In this document: positions 1 to 11,264 of the stretch, piece after piece
Layout of the letters: every line of letters begins with the position of its first letter
Position numbering within the stretch: the first letter of the stretch is position 1
From: an uncultured Candidatus Saccharibacteria bacterium
GTDB taxonomy: Bacteria; Patescibacteriota; Minisyncoccia; Phycocordibacterales; UBA2100
Length of the DNA: 64,000 nucleotides
NCBI GenBank assembly: GCA_964399865.1
Contig: CAYNRJ010000001.1
Coordinates: 394,050-458,049, forward strand
Reading direction: 5' to 3'
Notes under the pieces: generated by a model
Database searches by the model: none
Told to the model about the DNA's origin: nothing
The model's input: the letters and a program-made list of their open reading frames with translations, nothing else
Position numbers and translations under genes: made by a program

Positions 1-286
1 TTTAGGTCTTTAGAGTAGGTCTCAGCGCTCCCAGGAAAACCATACGTTGAAAGAGTACACTCCTCCGCAAAAGCGTGAGGATTCGGTATAAAAGCGCCAA
101 ACATAAGCAATACCTGTAAGCTACAGACAATCGCGGCGATTCTTTTTGCTCTCATGAATAGTTACGAATTAATAATAAGTAAATTGACGTATGTATAGTA
201 TAGCCTCTTTTCTGCATAAATGATTAATGACTATGCAGAGCACCGAAGGGATCGGTTCTATAGCCCGGCCTATAGAGATGCAATTC

Positions 287-2500
287 TTATCTATTACCAC
301 CTAGAAACGCCTGAATCGCAGTGAATATATTTGCGAAATTTCCTTCAGGAAGCACCGAGGACTGCCGGCGTAATGTAGGAATTGGTTTTATTGATTTAAT
401 GGTGAAGGTCTCGCTGTTTGCGCTTGCAAGAATGGTGGCATCAGCCGCATCGGGAGAACAATATCCGAAGCATGCATTTGAAGGCGTGTACACGTTCACC
501 CGAACGTAGAAGGATGTATTTCCGTCCTCGATCGCCTTTCGTAATCCTGTGCATCCACCATCGATCGCATCGGAGAAACTTCCATTGCAATTCTTTTGCA
601 CATCTATTGAAGCGACCGTACCGTTTCCATTTACTTTCTGTGACTTATGGACTCTGCCGTTTGAATCCACTAATTCGACATATGTGCCTGCCCCACGTGG
701 CATATTCTTTACACTCCATGTCGTAACAATTGTGTTTGCGTTCCTTAAGCTATGTCGTGCGTTTGGAGATTTCACAGTGATTGTGGGCTTTGTTACAGAT
801 TCAACGATCACCCTCACCGAAACCGAGCATAGCGCATTGGACCTGCCTGCCGATATTCCCCCATCTACGATTTGAAACGTTTCGGTAAACGGCTCCTTCC
901 CTGTGGAAGCAGTCCATTTCATTGATCCGCTCGGCGCAATCTCAACTAGTCCGCCTGCTTTCACGATTTGATTCATGACTGGGTTCGTAATATTTTTTGT
1001 CATCCACGAAAGCGTGTAGGTTTCTCCAGGCTTCACTGCGGTTTTATTCGCACGTATAGAGCAGCTTACCCCTGAGCCTGTGTCTTGCACCTTTTCATAC
1101 AGCCGAAATGGCGCGCTTTCCCCGATTGCGAGAATTGGACCATCCTTTCCGTTTGGTTCCCCCGCTCCTACAATCCTTACGATGGCTTGATACGTACCTG
1201 GGGCAATATCGTAGCCCGGCGTGCGAACAAATGAATCGCTTATGCTTTTTATTTGAAGTTGATCGCCCAAATTTTCAACCTCGGAACAACTGCCTTCATC
1301 AGGGAACGCGAACTCTTTACCTGAAGTCACATTTTCTTGCAGCGTGATGCAAGCTCTACTGCCCACAGGAAGATTCGAAGGAATTACCCAGCTGACAGTA
1401 ATCAATTCTCCGTATGCATATGCCGCTCCAGAAGAAGGGGCGGTAACTTGTATGGATTGAGGGTTGCCCCCTGGAGTGCTGTTTCCTCCAATTATGTGGC
1501 GACCATTGGAGACAAGGTCCCCGGGACCAAAAGATGTGAGAGATAGGCCAGATGCTGTGTCTACTGCGCGAAACCCTTCATTTGAATCGATAGACGCATG
1601 TACAACTTTTCCGATTATCGCTCCTTCTGCAACTGAGGGAATATCAACAAGAACATCAACGCTTTGTTGAGTATCTTTAGGAATATAAAAATTTAGTCCC
1701 GTAAATGTGGCGGTCGCCTGGGTCTGCGATCCCGCAGGTACTACAAGGTACGCTGTTCGTGTCTCGCCCACGCCTGATTGGGTTTTATATCGTAGGGATA
1801 CAGAGGAAACCGACTGAACTCCATCTCTTGGAATCTTCACTTTGAGCTCTTGGACAAAATAGTTCGTGTTTCGCGCAATAAATTCGAATTTCCCGACTGG
1901 ATTAAGAGAAGACCCGGGAATAAGTGTGGAGCTAAGCGGATCCGCACTACTGACTCTTGCTGAGAGTGAGCCGCTACCAATTGTGATTGTCTGGAGCACT
2001 ACATCTGAGCCGATAGTAACAGGTTGCGCTGAAATAACACCCGCACCGCCAGTTGAGTCATCAAGCGTTGCTATGAATGCTCCGGCACTCGCACTAGACT
2101 TGATGGTACCAATAAGATCAATGGTTTTTATATTCCCAGCTGGAATCGTATAGCTGACAGAAAATATATTGTCCCCTTCTTCATTTGCGCTACCGACTGG
2201 AGAGACTTTCGTTGAACCGAGTTGGGTGCCCGTTGCTGCGTCCACAATACGTAAGTTCGTGATTGCAGTAGCTTCTGTCACAGAGAGGTTAATTGCTATC
2301 GTGTTGATATTTATATTTTCTGCGGAACCTGCGCTGAGGGTGAAAGACCCGAGTTTTGTGTTGGCAACGCCAGCAACCATTGTCTGATTACTGAAGCCCG
2401 TATACTTCGCGGCTATGAGGCCTGGTGTTTGTGCCAACGTTACCAATGGAGAGCCTAAAAAAAGGGCCGCAATTACGAGGACGCTTGCTTTGTTACACAT
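287..2500 (-). CDS. Large secreted/surface protein (737 aa). It has an N-terminal signal peptide and a long Thr/Ser/Gly/Val-rich body consistent with repeated beta-sandwich (Ig-like) domains. Function unknown.
   Basis: Long ORF. N-terminus MCNKASVLVIAALFLGSPLVTLAQ looks like a signal peptide. Low-complexity T/S/G-rich composition. No catalytic motif recognised. Confidence 0.6.
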   Translation of the reverse strand: MCNKASVLVIAALFLGSPLVTLAQTPGLIAAKYTGFSNQTMVAGVANTKLGSFTLSAGSAENININTIAINLSVTEATAITNLRIVDAATGTQLGSTKVSPVGSANEEGDNIFSVSYTIPAGNIKTIDLIGTIKSSASAGAFIATLDDSTGGAGVISAQPVTIGSDVVLQTITIGSGSLSARVSSADPLSSTLIPGSSLNPVGKFEFIARNTNYFVQELKVKIPRDGVQSVSSVSLRYKTQSGVGETRTAYLVVPAGSQTQATATFTGLNFYIPKDTQQSVDVLVDIPSVAEGAIIGKVVHASIDSNEGFRAVDTASGLSLTSFGPGDLVSNGRHIIGGNSTPGGNPQSIQVTAPSSGAAYAYGELITVSWVIPSNLPVGSRACITLQENVTSGKEFAFPDEGSCSEVENLGDQLQIKSISDSFVRTPGYDIAPGTYQAIVRIVGAGEPNGKDGPILAIGESAPFRLYEKVQDTGSGVSCSIRANKTAVKPGETYTLSWMTKNITNPVMNQIVKAGGLVEIAPSGSMKWTASTGKEPFTETFQIVDGGISAGRSNALCSVSVRVIVESVTKPTITVKSPNARHSLRNANTIVTTWSVKNMPRGAGTYVELVDSNGRVHKSQKVNGNGTVASIDVQKNCNGSFSDAIDGGCTGLRKAIEDGNTSFYVRVNVYTPSNACFGYCSPDAADATILASANSETFTIKSIKPIPTLRRQSSVLPEGNFANIFTAIQAFLGGNR

Positions 2501-2543
2501 GAGGAGTGAGTACTAAGGGTTAGTAAGTACACTAAATAATTGC

Positions 2544-2951
2544 ATGATTCTTGACCTTTTTTGCGCCCGTTTGTCGCTTTACGGGGATAACTCTATCCCC
2601 CATGGTACGATTTCGTTTATGGAAGACGTCGGAGGAAAGAGGGTTGAGAACATCTCCGAATTGCGAGAGAAGCGAACTTTACTACAACAACTTGATCAGG
2701 CATCACGAGCACTAGCTCTCGCCTCCTCAGGAAATGGAATGAGAGGTCAGCCTAATGCTGAACAACGCGTTGATCTCGCTAACGCGAGCAGTCATATCGA
2801 AAAAGTGCGCGCAGATATCAGTTCGCGCCCTCTCGAAAAGACAGATAGTCCGTCGATTGCGACTACTATGATGTTCATTAAAGCAGGTCTTGCTTCGTAC
2901 CTATCCGACGAACAGTTCATACAAATCTTTGGTACCGATAACCTGGCTTAA
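2544..2951 (+). CDS. Hypothetical small soluble protein. The real start may be the internal Met (MEDVGG...).
   Basis: ORF only. No recognisable motif. Sits between two minus-strand genes. Confidence 0.3.
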   Translation: MILDLFCARLSLYGDNSIPHGTISFMEDVGGKRVENISELREKRTLLQQLDQASRALALASSGNGMRGQPNAEQRVDLANASSHIEKVRADISSRPLEKTDSPSIATTMMFIKAGLASYLSDEQFIQIFGTDNLA

Positions 2952-2960
2952 AACCGGAGC

Positions 2961-3089
2961 CACCACGCTCCTTGGAAACCCTCAGTTTTCCAACGCTCGC
3001 TATCGCTCGCTGCCTTCCGACACGGGGAAACAAATGTTTCCCCGACCCCCTTCTCGCGAGGTGTCTCCTCGTTACATTTCATTACACTC
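2961..3089. repeat. Copy 1 of a conserved two-hairpin element lying immediately 3' of a tRNA-Thr gene.
   Basis: Hairpin A is ttggaaa-ccctcag-ttttccaa. Hairpin B is ggggaaac-aaat-gtttcccc followed by gaccccctt. The same architecture recurs at 3851-3988 with compensatory base changes in hairpin A. Confidence 0.5.
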
Positions 3090-3091
3090 GG

Positions 3092-3164
3092 AGCCACCTC
3101 GCGGGATTGAACCGCGGACCCCGTCTTTACGAAAGACGTGCTCTACCAACTGAGCTAAGGTGGC
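3092..3164 (-). tRNA. tRNA-Thr (anticodon CGT)
   Basis: Reverse complement folds as a cloverleaf. Acceptor GCCACCT/AGGTGGC, D-arm GCTCAGTTGGTAGAGC, anticodon stem CGTCT/AGACG with loop TTCGTAA, T-arm CGCGGTTCAATCCCGCG. Confidence 0.9.
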
Positions 3165-3191
3165 GTTACGGCACACTATAACTGTCTTAAG

Positions 3192-3812
3192 CTACTTTCT
3201 CAACGCTTTGCGTCGTTTGAAACGCCCGTAAATCTCTGCGATTACCACCCCACCTATTGCTCCGACCGCGTTGAATACTAGGTCTAGTGAAGTATTAATG
3301 TAACCTCCGACACCTGTCGAGGTAGAGTAGATGACTGCGATAAATTCTACGATCTCATTTAAGGTCCCCATTCCCATCGCGACACAGACAGATATCACCC
3401 CCACCCAGAAAGGACGGATCACCTTTGGTACATCCCGGAGAAATAGGTGCCGAACCAACACAGCAGTAACTCCGAAACCGAACGCATGGACTATCTGATC
3501 AAATTTAAGGATCGTAAATTCACCCCCATCGGTAAAGATTGGGAGCACCACATACGCGTAGAGCGCCTCCCCATCTATTTTTAATCCTCCACCAAGCATG
3601 TGGACTAAGCCCCATACCGAGAGAAGCCACAAAAGCCATATGGGTAGATGGGATACTTTGAATGTCGCGCAAATGAATATCGTGAAAAATAGAAGAATGG
3701 CAATGTACCAGAGAAATTCATAATTTCCTGCGCGAACGAAGAAAAGACCTGCAAGACTCACGTAGGCAAGCGTGAAGATCAGAATGATCCAGTGATGTTT
3801 GTTTAACGCCAT
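3192..3812 (-). CDS. Polytopic integral membrane protein (206 aa), function unknown
   Basis: About six hydrophobic helices and a Lys/Arg-rich C-terminus. No family recognised by eye. Confidence 0.65.
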   Translation of the reverse strand: MALNKHHWIILIFTLAYVSLAGLFFVRAGNYEFLWYIAILLFFTIFICATFKVSHLPIWLLWLLSVWGLVHMLGGGLKIDGEALYAYVVLPIFTDGGEFTILKFDQIVHAFGFGVTAVLVRHLFLRDVPKVIRPFWVGVISVCVAMGMGTLNEIVEFIAVIYSTSTGVGGYINTSLDLVFNAVGAIGGVVIAEIYGRFKRRKALRK

Positions 3813-3850
3813 GGTTAATCAATTGTATACGATATCTTTCCCGTGAGCCG

Positions 3851-3988
3851 ATGTCCGGGAAAGAACCCCTGGGAAACCCACGGTTTTCCCAATCCTGCCT
3901 CTCGGCAGGCCTTCTTCCACGGGGAAACTACAGTTTCCCCGACCCCCTTCGTGTTCAATCCCGAAAGAGTTGTCTCATGATAAATCAT
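3851..3988. repeat. Copy 2 of the tRNA-Thr-associated two-hairpin element
   Basis: Hairpin A is tgggaaa-cccacgg-ttttccca. Hairpin B is ggggaaac-taca-gtttcccc followed by gaccccctt. Same order and spacing as copy 1. Confidence 0.5.
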
Positions 3989-3989
3989 G

Positions 3990-4062
3990 AGCCGATGTCC
4001 GGGATTGAACCGGAGACCTCGTCATTACCAATGACGTGCTCTACCAACTGAGCTACATCGGC
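3990..4062 (-). tRNA. tRNA-Thr (anticodon GGT)
   Basis: Cloverleaf on the reverse complement. Acceptor GCCGATG/CATCGGC, anticodon stem CGTCA/TGACG with loop TTGGTAA, T-arm TCCGGTTCAATCCCGGA. Confidence 0.9.
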
Positions 4063-4098
4063 GCTATTGTCCGAGGATGATAGCACAGAGGCCCTCCC

Positions 4099-4761
4099 CT
4101 ACGGAAATACCACGTATTCACGCAGTGTCTCAATATCCGGTGCGATAGCAGCTTCCGTAATGTCTTCGGGGGCTATAGTCGCATTTTTAAAAACCTGTCT
4201 CTCTAATTCATGTGCGGCTTCCGCGAGTTTTTCAAACCCCTCATCTGTTTCGTAGTACGGTCGTTTCATCCTCGTGTCTTGGTACCGAGCCTTCCCTTCC
4301 GCGAGTCGGCCTCTAAGTGACAGAACACCGTGCGGTCCCACTCTTGTATCAGCATACTCGGCTATCTTTTGCTCGAGATCATCACCAGAAACTATTCTCC
4401 CGATATTTGAGTATCCAATATTTGAAAGCAGCTTAATGACGCGTTCCGGCAAACCAATCTCTTTTGCAATTTTAGCGGTTGCTGTGTGATGATCGGAACT
4501 ATACTTTTTTACAAATTCTCTCTTGACTAGCTCCCAATGAGAGAGACCTTCGGGTTCGGTAGAATCCGGAAAATATTTGAGGTCTGATTTGATGATGTTC
4601 CCCATATCATGAAAGAGGCACGCAAGAATGATCGACTTACTATCGAGTGATTTTTCGTAGCTCTCACATACCATCTTTGCGACCGCCGCAACGCGTAGCT
4701 GATGCAATTGCAGCATGGGCATTATTTGGTACGCAGTGTAAAAATCCTGTGGGGTTTTCAT
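4099..4761 (-). CDS. HD-domain metal-dependent phosphohydrolase
   Basis: Contains H...HD (LFHDMGN) and downstream D motifs typical of the HD superfamily. Confidence 0.75.
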   Translation of the reverse strand: MKTPQDFYTAYQIMPMLQLHQLRVAAVAKMVCESYEKSLDSKSIILACLFHDMGNIIKSDLKYFPDSTEPEGLSHWELVKREFVKKYSSDHHTATAKIAKEIGLPERVIKLLSNIGYSNIGRIVSGDDLEQKIAEYADTRVGPHGVLSLRGRLAEGKARYQDTRMKRPYYETDEGFEKLAEAAHELERQVFKNATIAPEDITEAAIAPDIETLREYVVFP

Positions 4762-4770
4762 CTAGGGATT

Positions 4771-5229
4771 CTACTCTTTTTTTTCCTTTTTTTGAACCAT
4801 CATCAGCATCTGGTCACCATACCCAGGCGGCTCAATATCCTTCCATCTTTCAATGAAATCTTTTTTGTCGACTCTGTATCCTTCACCATGCCATGGGTCG
4901 TTTAGCACTACGGTGCTCGTGGTAACGCTCGTCACGAGCGCATAGTGCGGATCCCCTCCCTTTTCGATATATCCCACGATCACGAGACCCTTGCCAAGCG
5001 CATCTCTTATCTCATTCCACTCTGCATGATTTTTATAGGAAGCAGTAAGACCGCGGCGAGAAAAGAATGCCTGAAGCGCTTCTACACGAGTCCCTGTCAG
5101 ATCACTCGTCTTAAGTTCTGCTGCAATTTCGGATTGAGCTGCACGCTCTCCAAAATGCGTGAGCACCATCTGTGCCACTGCTGGAGCGCAGAAATATTCG
5201 GTCTCTTGTCGTACATATGAGGAATTCAT
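4771..5229 (-). CDS. Papain-like cysteine peptidase, peptidase C39-like family (152 aa)
   Basis: N-terminal catalytic Cys context (EYFCAPAVAQMVL), downstream His (PHYALV) and Asn/Asp (NDPWHG) as in C39-like domains. Confidence 0.65.
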   Translation of the reverse strand: MNSSYVRQETEYFCAPAVAQMVLTHFGERAAQSEIAAELKTSDLTGTRVEALQAFFSRRGLTASYKNHAEWNEIRDALGKGLVIVGYIEKGGDPHYALVTSVTTSTVVLNDPWHGEGYRVDKKDFIERWKDIEPPGYGDQMLMMVQKKEKKE

Positions 5230-5302
5230 ATGTACTCATTATATATACTGCGCGGTCGAAGGGATTTTCCTTCGCCTCTCCCCTCGCCGTCGCTCGGGTC
5301 GG

Positions 5303-5345
5303 TCTAGGCACCGCCTCGCGATTTTGCCTGCTGGCAAAATATCGC
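5303..5345. repeat. Copy 1 of a 41-nt intergenic repeat with an internal palindrome
   Basis: ccgcctcgcgATTTTGCCtgctGGCAAAATatcgctccggc recurs at 5977-6017 with one mismatch. It is followed by T-arm-like gttcaaatccc. Confidence 0.5.
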
Positions 5346-5407
5346 TCCGGCGTTCAAATCCCTTCCGCGAGTAAAGCAGTTCACTCGCTCTGACCGACTC
5401 CATAACG

Positions 5408-5442
5408 CAAAATCGGATGCCGATTTGGCATCCGATTTTGAC
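5408..5442. terminator. Bidirectional Rho-independent terminator 3' of tRNA-Asp
   Basis: aaaatcggatgcc-gattt-ggcatccgatttt: an 8-9 bp GC-containing stem flanked by an A-run and a T-run. Confidence 0.6.
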
Positions 5443-5444
5443 GT

Positions 5445-5522
5445 TGGCGCGGTCGAAGGGATTTGAACCCTCGATCTTCCCCGTGACAGGGGGATGTGTT
5501 AACCGGGCTACACCACGACCGC
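5445..5522 (-). tRNA. tRNA-Asp (anticodon GTC), CCA encoded
   Basis: Acceptor GCGGTCG/CGACCGC, anticodon stem TCCCC/GGGGA with loop CTGTCAC, T-loop TTCAAAT, 3' GCCA. Confidence 0.9.
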
Positions 5523-5569
5523 ATCTCTACAAACGGGCGCATTCTAGCAGAATATTCTCTCCCTGTCTT

Positions 5570-5645
5570 GGTGCCGGGGGACGGAATTGAACCGTCGACC
5601 TTAGCTTTATGAATGCTATGCTCTAACCAACTGAGCTACCCCGGC
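5570..5645 (-). tRNA. tRNA with CAT anticodon. Elongator tRNA-Met is most likely. Lysidine-modified tRNA-Ile2 cannot be excluded from sequence alone.
   Basis: Acceptor GCCGGGG/CCCCGGC with a G1-C72 pair, anticodon loop TTCATAA, T-arm GACGGTTCAATTCCGTC. Confidence 0.8.
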
Positions 5646-5726
5646 GGTTTGCCTACGATACCAGGTTATCCCTGCGTCCTCAACACTTGAGCGCACTCCA
5701 ATTACAGAGCACGCTATAATTACGTC

Positions 5727-5915
5727 ATGGGGAATTTTTGGAATCTTGTGCTCACCATCAATTCAGTACTCTTGGCTGCCGCGACTGTTTTCCTCGTTTA
5801 CTCAACGGGGATGATGCTTATCTTCCTAGAGTGGCAACGATTCGTTGTCGCCGTTGTGACTTTCATCGTACTCGTAGGTATAGAACTCGCAATCGCGGGG
5901 GTTCTACATAATTAA
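5727..5915 (+). CDS. Possible small two-helix membrane protein (62 aa)
   Basis: Strongly hydrophobic ORF in the tRNA island. No homology recognised. Confidence 0.3.
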   Translation: MGNFWNLVLTINSVLLAAATVFLVYSTGMMLIFLEWQRFVVAVVTFIVLVGIELAIAGVLHN

Positions 5916-5976
5916 AACTTGTTGCGGGGGCGGGAATTTTCACAACTCTCGGCTCGCCGCCGCTCACCTCGGTCGC

Positions 5977-6017
5977 GAACCCCGCCTCGCGATTTTGCCT
6001 ACTGGCAAAATATCGCT
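5977..6017. repeat. Copy 2 of the 41-nt intergenic repeat
   Basis: ccgcctcgcgattttgcctactggcaaaatatcgctccggc, followed by T-arm-like gcaattccc. Confidence 0.5.
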
Positions 6018-6074
6018 CCGGCCTGCAATTCCCGACGCGAAGTGTGCAGACACTTCGCTCCCCCGCTCAAGTAG

Positions 6075-6115
6075 CGAATAGAGAAAAATCCCGACAAGCG
6101 GGATTTTTCTCTATT
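6075..6115. terminator. Bidirectional terminator 3' of the initiator tRNA
   Basis: agagaaaaatcccg-acaa-gcgggatttttctct. Confidence 0.6.
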
Positions 6116-6119
6116 CGTG

Positions 6120-6191
6120 TTGCGGGGGCGGGAATTGCACCCGCGACCTTCAGGTTATGAGCCTGACGAGCTACTACTGCTCCACCCCGCT
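6120..6191 (-). tRNA. Initiator tRNA-fMet (anticodon CAT)
   Basis: Very close to the E. coli tRNA-fMet layout (CGCGGGGTGGAGCAG ... CTCATAA ... GGTCG-GGTGCAATTCCC-CCCCCGCA). Positions 1 and 72 are unpaired (A/A). Confidence 0.85.
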
Positions 6192-6232
6192 GCGGGATAA
6201 TGTACTACAAAAGTGGCGCTACGTACACCGCT

Positions 6233-6940
6233 TTAATGGACGTATCCGAATTCTTTCAGCACTTCTGTGTAGAGTCCGATAACGCGACGCGCTTCGCGTG
6301 ATGTTAGCGTATGCGCCGAACCATCGTGCGCAATGCGATTACGGATCTTGTGCGCCTCCCACGCAAGATCGATCGTATTAAAGTTCGCCCGATCCACTTG
6401 TTTCATCTTATCTGCCATCGTCTCCCCTTTGTACCCTTGCACATCGAGTAGTTCATTGAGAAGAATATCGGCCTCAAGTATGGCTATGCGCCAATCATGC
6501 TCTGCATCGGAGCGAGAATGTTCGAGAATTTTTGCCCAGCGAAGCTGTGTTTTAGAAACATCTTTTGCTTCCACTGGTCTTTGTACTGCGCGAAATGCTG
6601 CCTCTTCTTTTCTACGAAGAAGCATCACTCGAACCAAGCAGTACACCGAGACCATTAGGAATGGGAGCGACAAGAGAAGCGAAATGAGTACGAAGACGGA
6701 CCAACCTTGGACTAACATGTCATACGCACCATCACTAGATACGCGCTGAAGGAGATCAGAAAAGCCGCCCGGATACACCGGTTGCGCAAGTTCTCCTAGG
6801 TCGAGAGTCGTAGTTCCTACGCTAGGGTCTGCGGTTCCGGCGACCGTAGCGACCATTCCTGGTATCCACTTGAAAAGGATCTCACCAAGAAAATCTAGTC
6901 CGTATCCAAAGGAATCCGGTATCGTCGGATCTGGTTGCAT
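6233..6940 (-). CDS. Single-pass membrane protein (235 aa). Its cytoplasmic C-terminal domain carries an Rx4H motif (IRNRIAH), suggesting a HEPN-like (DUF4145-like) domain.
   Basis: Central TM helix WSVFVLISLLLSLPFLMVSVYCLV. C-terminus ...AWEAHKIRNRIAHDGSAHTLTSREARRVIGL fits the HEPN Rx4-6H pattern. The family assignment is from memory, not a search. Confidence 0.55.
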   Translation of the reverse strand: MQPDPTIPDSFGYGLDFLGEILFKWIPGMVATVAGTADPSVGTTTLDLGELAQPVYPGGFSDLLQRVSSDGAYDMLVQGWSVFVLISLLLSLPFLMVSVYCLVRVMLLRRKEEAAFRAVQRPVEAKDVSKTQLRWAKILEHSRSDAEHDWRIAILEADILLNELLDVQGYKGETMADKMKQVDRANFNTIDLAWEAHKIRNRIAHDGSAHTLTSREARRVIGLYTEVLKEFGYVH

Positions 6941-6957
6941 TCGATTAGTATATCAAG

Positions 6958-8367
6958 TTAGCGACGCTCAATGTCCTTACCTATCTCGAACAGTGTATTC
7001 TCCCCTCTCATCGGAGCGATGAGCTGGAAACCTACAGGCAATTTCTTTCCATCCCGCTCTACAGTGCCCGCTGGGACGGAGATCGCAGGCACGCCTGCAA
7101 GGTTTGCGGTCACACTGAAAATATCCTCCGCATACATCGCGAGCGGATCATTTGCCTTCTCTCCAATTTTGAATGCAGGACCAGGAGAAGTTGGAAGTGC
7201 GATCGCATCCACACTCTTAAAGGCCGTATTGAAATCCGATCTGATGAGCTCACGTACAGTACGAGCTTTGCGATAGTACGCATCTGAGTAGCCAGATGAA
7301 AGTACGAATGTGCCAATGAGAATTCGACGACGAACTTCCCTTCCGAATCCTACGCCTCGAGTTTTTGTGTATACATCTTGGATGGCTTCTGCCGGGACAG
7401 ATAATCCGTATCGAATACCGTCATATCTCGCAAGATTTGTTGAAACTTCTGCGGGACAAATGACGTAGTACACAGGAAGAGAGAACGGCAGGTTCGGCAT
7501 CTCAATGTCTTGTATTTCGTACCCAGCACTCTTTAGATCCTCTAATGTCTTTTCGAAAATCTTGAGTACTTCTGGTTCAACGCCTGCCTTAAGAAATTCT
7601 CGTGGCACTCCGATTTTCTTTCCCGTTCCAGTCAGTTGATAGTCGGCTATTGAGGTACTATCGTTCGAGTCATGCCCGCGTATTGCCTCAAACAATATCT
7701 TCGCATCCTCCACGGTCTTAGTAAGTGGTCCTATCTGATCAAGAGACGAGCCCATCGGCATTAGTCCGAATCGAGATACAGAACCATACGTAGTCTTGAG
7801 ACCAGCGATACCACAATGTGATGCGGGTTGTCTGATAGAACCTCCCGTATCAGATCCGAGGGCAGCGAGCGCCATATTGCCGGCAACAGCCGCTGCTGAC
7901 CCGCCGGATGACCCTCCCGGCACACGCGATGGGTCTATCGGATTACGAGTTGGACCAAACGCTGAATTCTCCGTGGAACTTCCCATCGCCATTTCATCCA
8001 TGTTAGTTCTGCCGAGAAAGACAGCGCCCTCGGCCTTCAATTTCTTTGTGACCGTTGCATCATATGAGGCTCTGTAATTCTCCAATATTTTAGAAGCTGA
8101 GCTTGCGATGCGTCCTTCAATAAGAATATTGTCCTTCATTGCAATGGGAATCCCGGTAAGAGGCTTCTGTTCACCACGAGCTATCATTTCATCAGCTCTT
8201 TTTGCCTCTTCTCGCGCAGAGTCTGCCCACACTTCAAGGTAGGCGTGAATTTCTTTATCCTTTTCTTCAATAGCAGCTAAATACGCGTTCGTGAGGTCGA
8301 GCGCAGAATACTCTTTAGCATCGAGTGCCTTTCGTGCTGCAGCAATTGTTAAAGTTCCAAGGTCCAT
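6958..8367 (-). CDS. gatA: Glutamyl-tRNA(Gln) amidotransferase subunit A
   Basis: Amidase signature GGSSGGSAAAVA with a Ser-cisSer-Lys context. Length 469 aa. Adjacent to gatC. Confidence 0.93.
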   Translation of the reverse strand: MDLGTLTIAAARKALDAKEYSALDLTNAYLAAIEEKDKEIHAYLEVWADSAREEAKRADEMIARGEQKPLTGIPIAMKDNILIEGRIASSASKILENYRASYDATVTKKLKAEGAVFLGRTNMDEMAMGSSTENSAFGPTRNPIDPSRVPGGSSGGSAAAVAGNMALAALGSDTGGSIRQPASHCGIAGLKTTYGSVSRFGLMPMGSSLDQIGPLTKTVEDAKILFEAIRGHDSNDSTSIADYQLTGTGKKIGVPREFLKAGVEPEVLKIFEKTLEDLKSAGYEIQDIEMPNLPFSLPVYYVICPAEVSTNLARYDGIRYGLSVPAEAIQDVYTKTRGVGFGREVRRRILIGTFVLSSGYSDAYYRKARTVRELIRSDFNTAFKSVDAIALPTSPGPAFKIGEKANDPLAMYAEDIFSVTANLAGVPAISVPAGTVERDGKKLPVGFQLIAPMRGENTLFEIGKDIERR

Positions 8368-8368
8368 G

Positions 8369-11236
<2,868 letters not shown>

Positions 11237-11264
<28 letters not shown>

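Noticed and set aside
2890-3181. ORFs 2890..3153(+) and 2972..3181(+) ending ...TCSTN / ...LRWRYGTL
   Set aside because: They read straight through the tRNA-Thr(CGT) gene and its associated hairpin element on the opposite strand. The 'protein' endings are just the translated tRNA.
3851-4051. ORF 3851..4051(+), 66 aa
   Set aside because: It overlaps the second tRNA-Thr-associated element and tRNA-Thr(GGT). The same artefact as above, down to the shared ...TCSTN ending.
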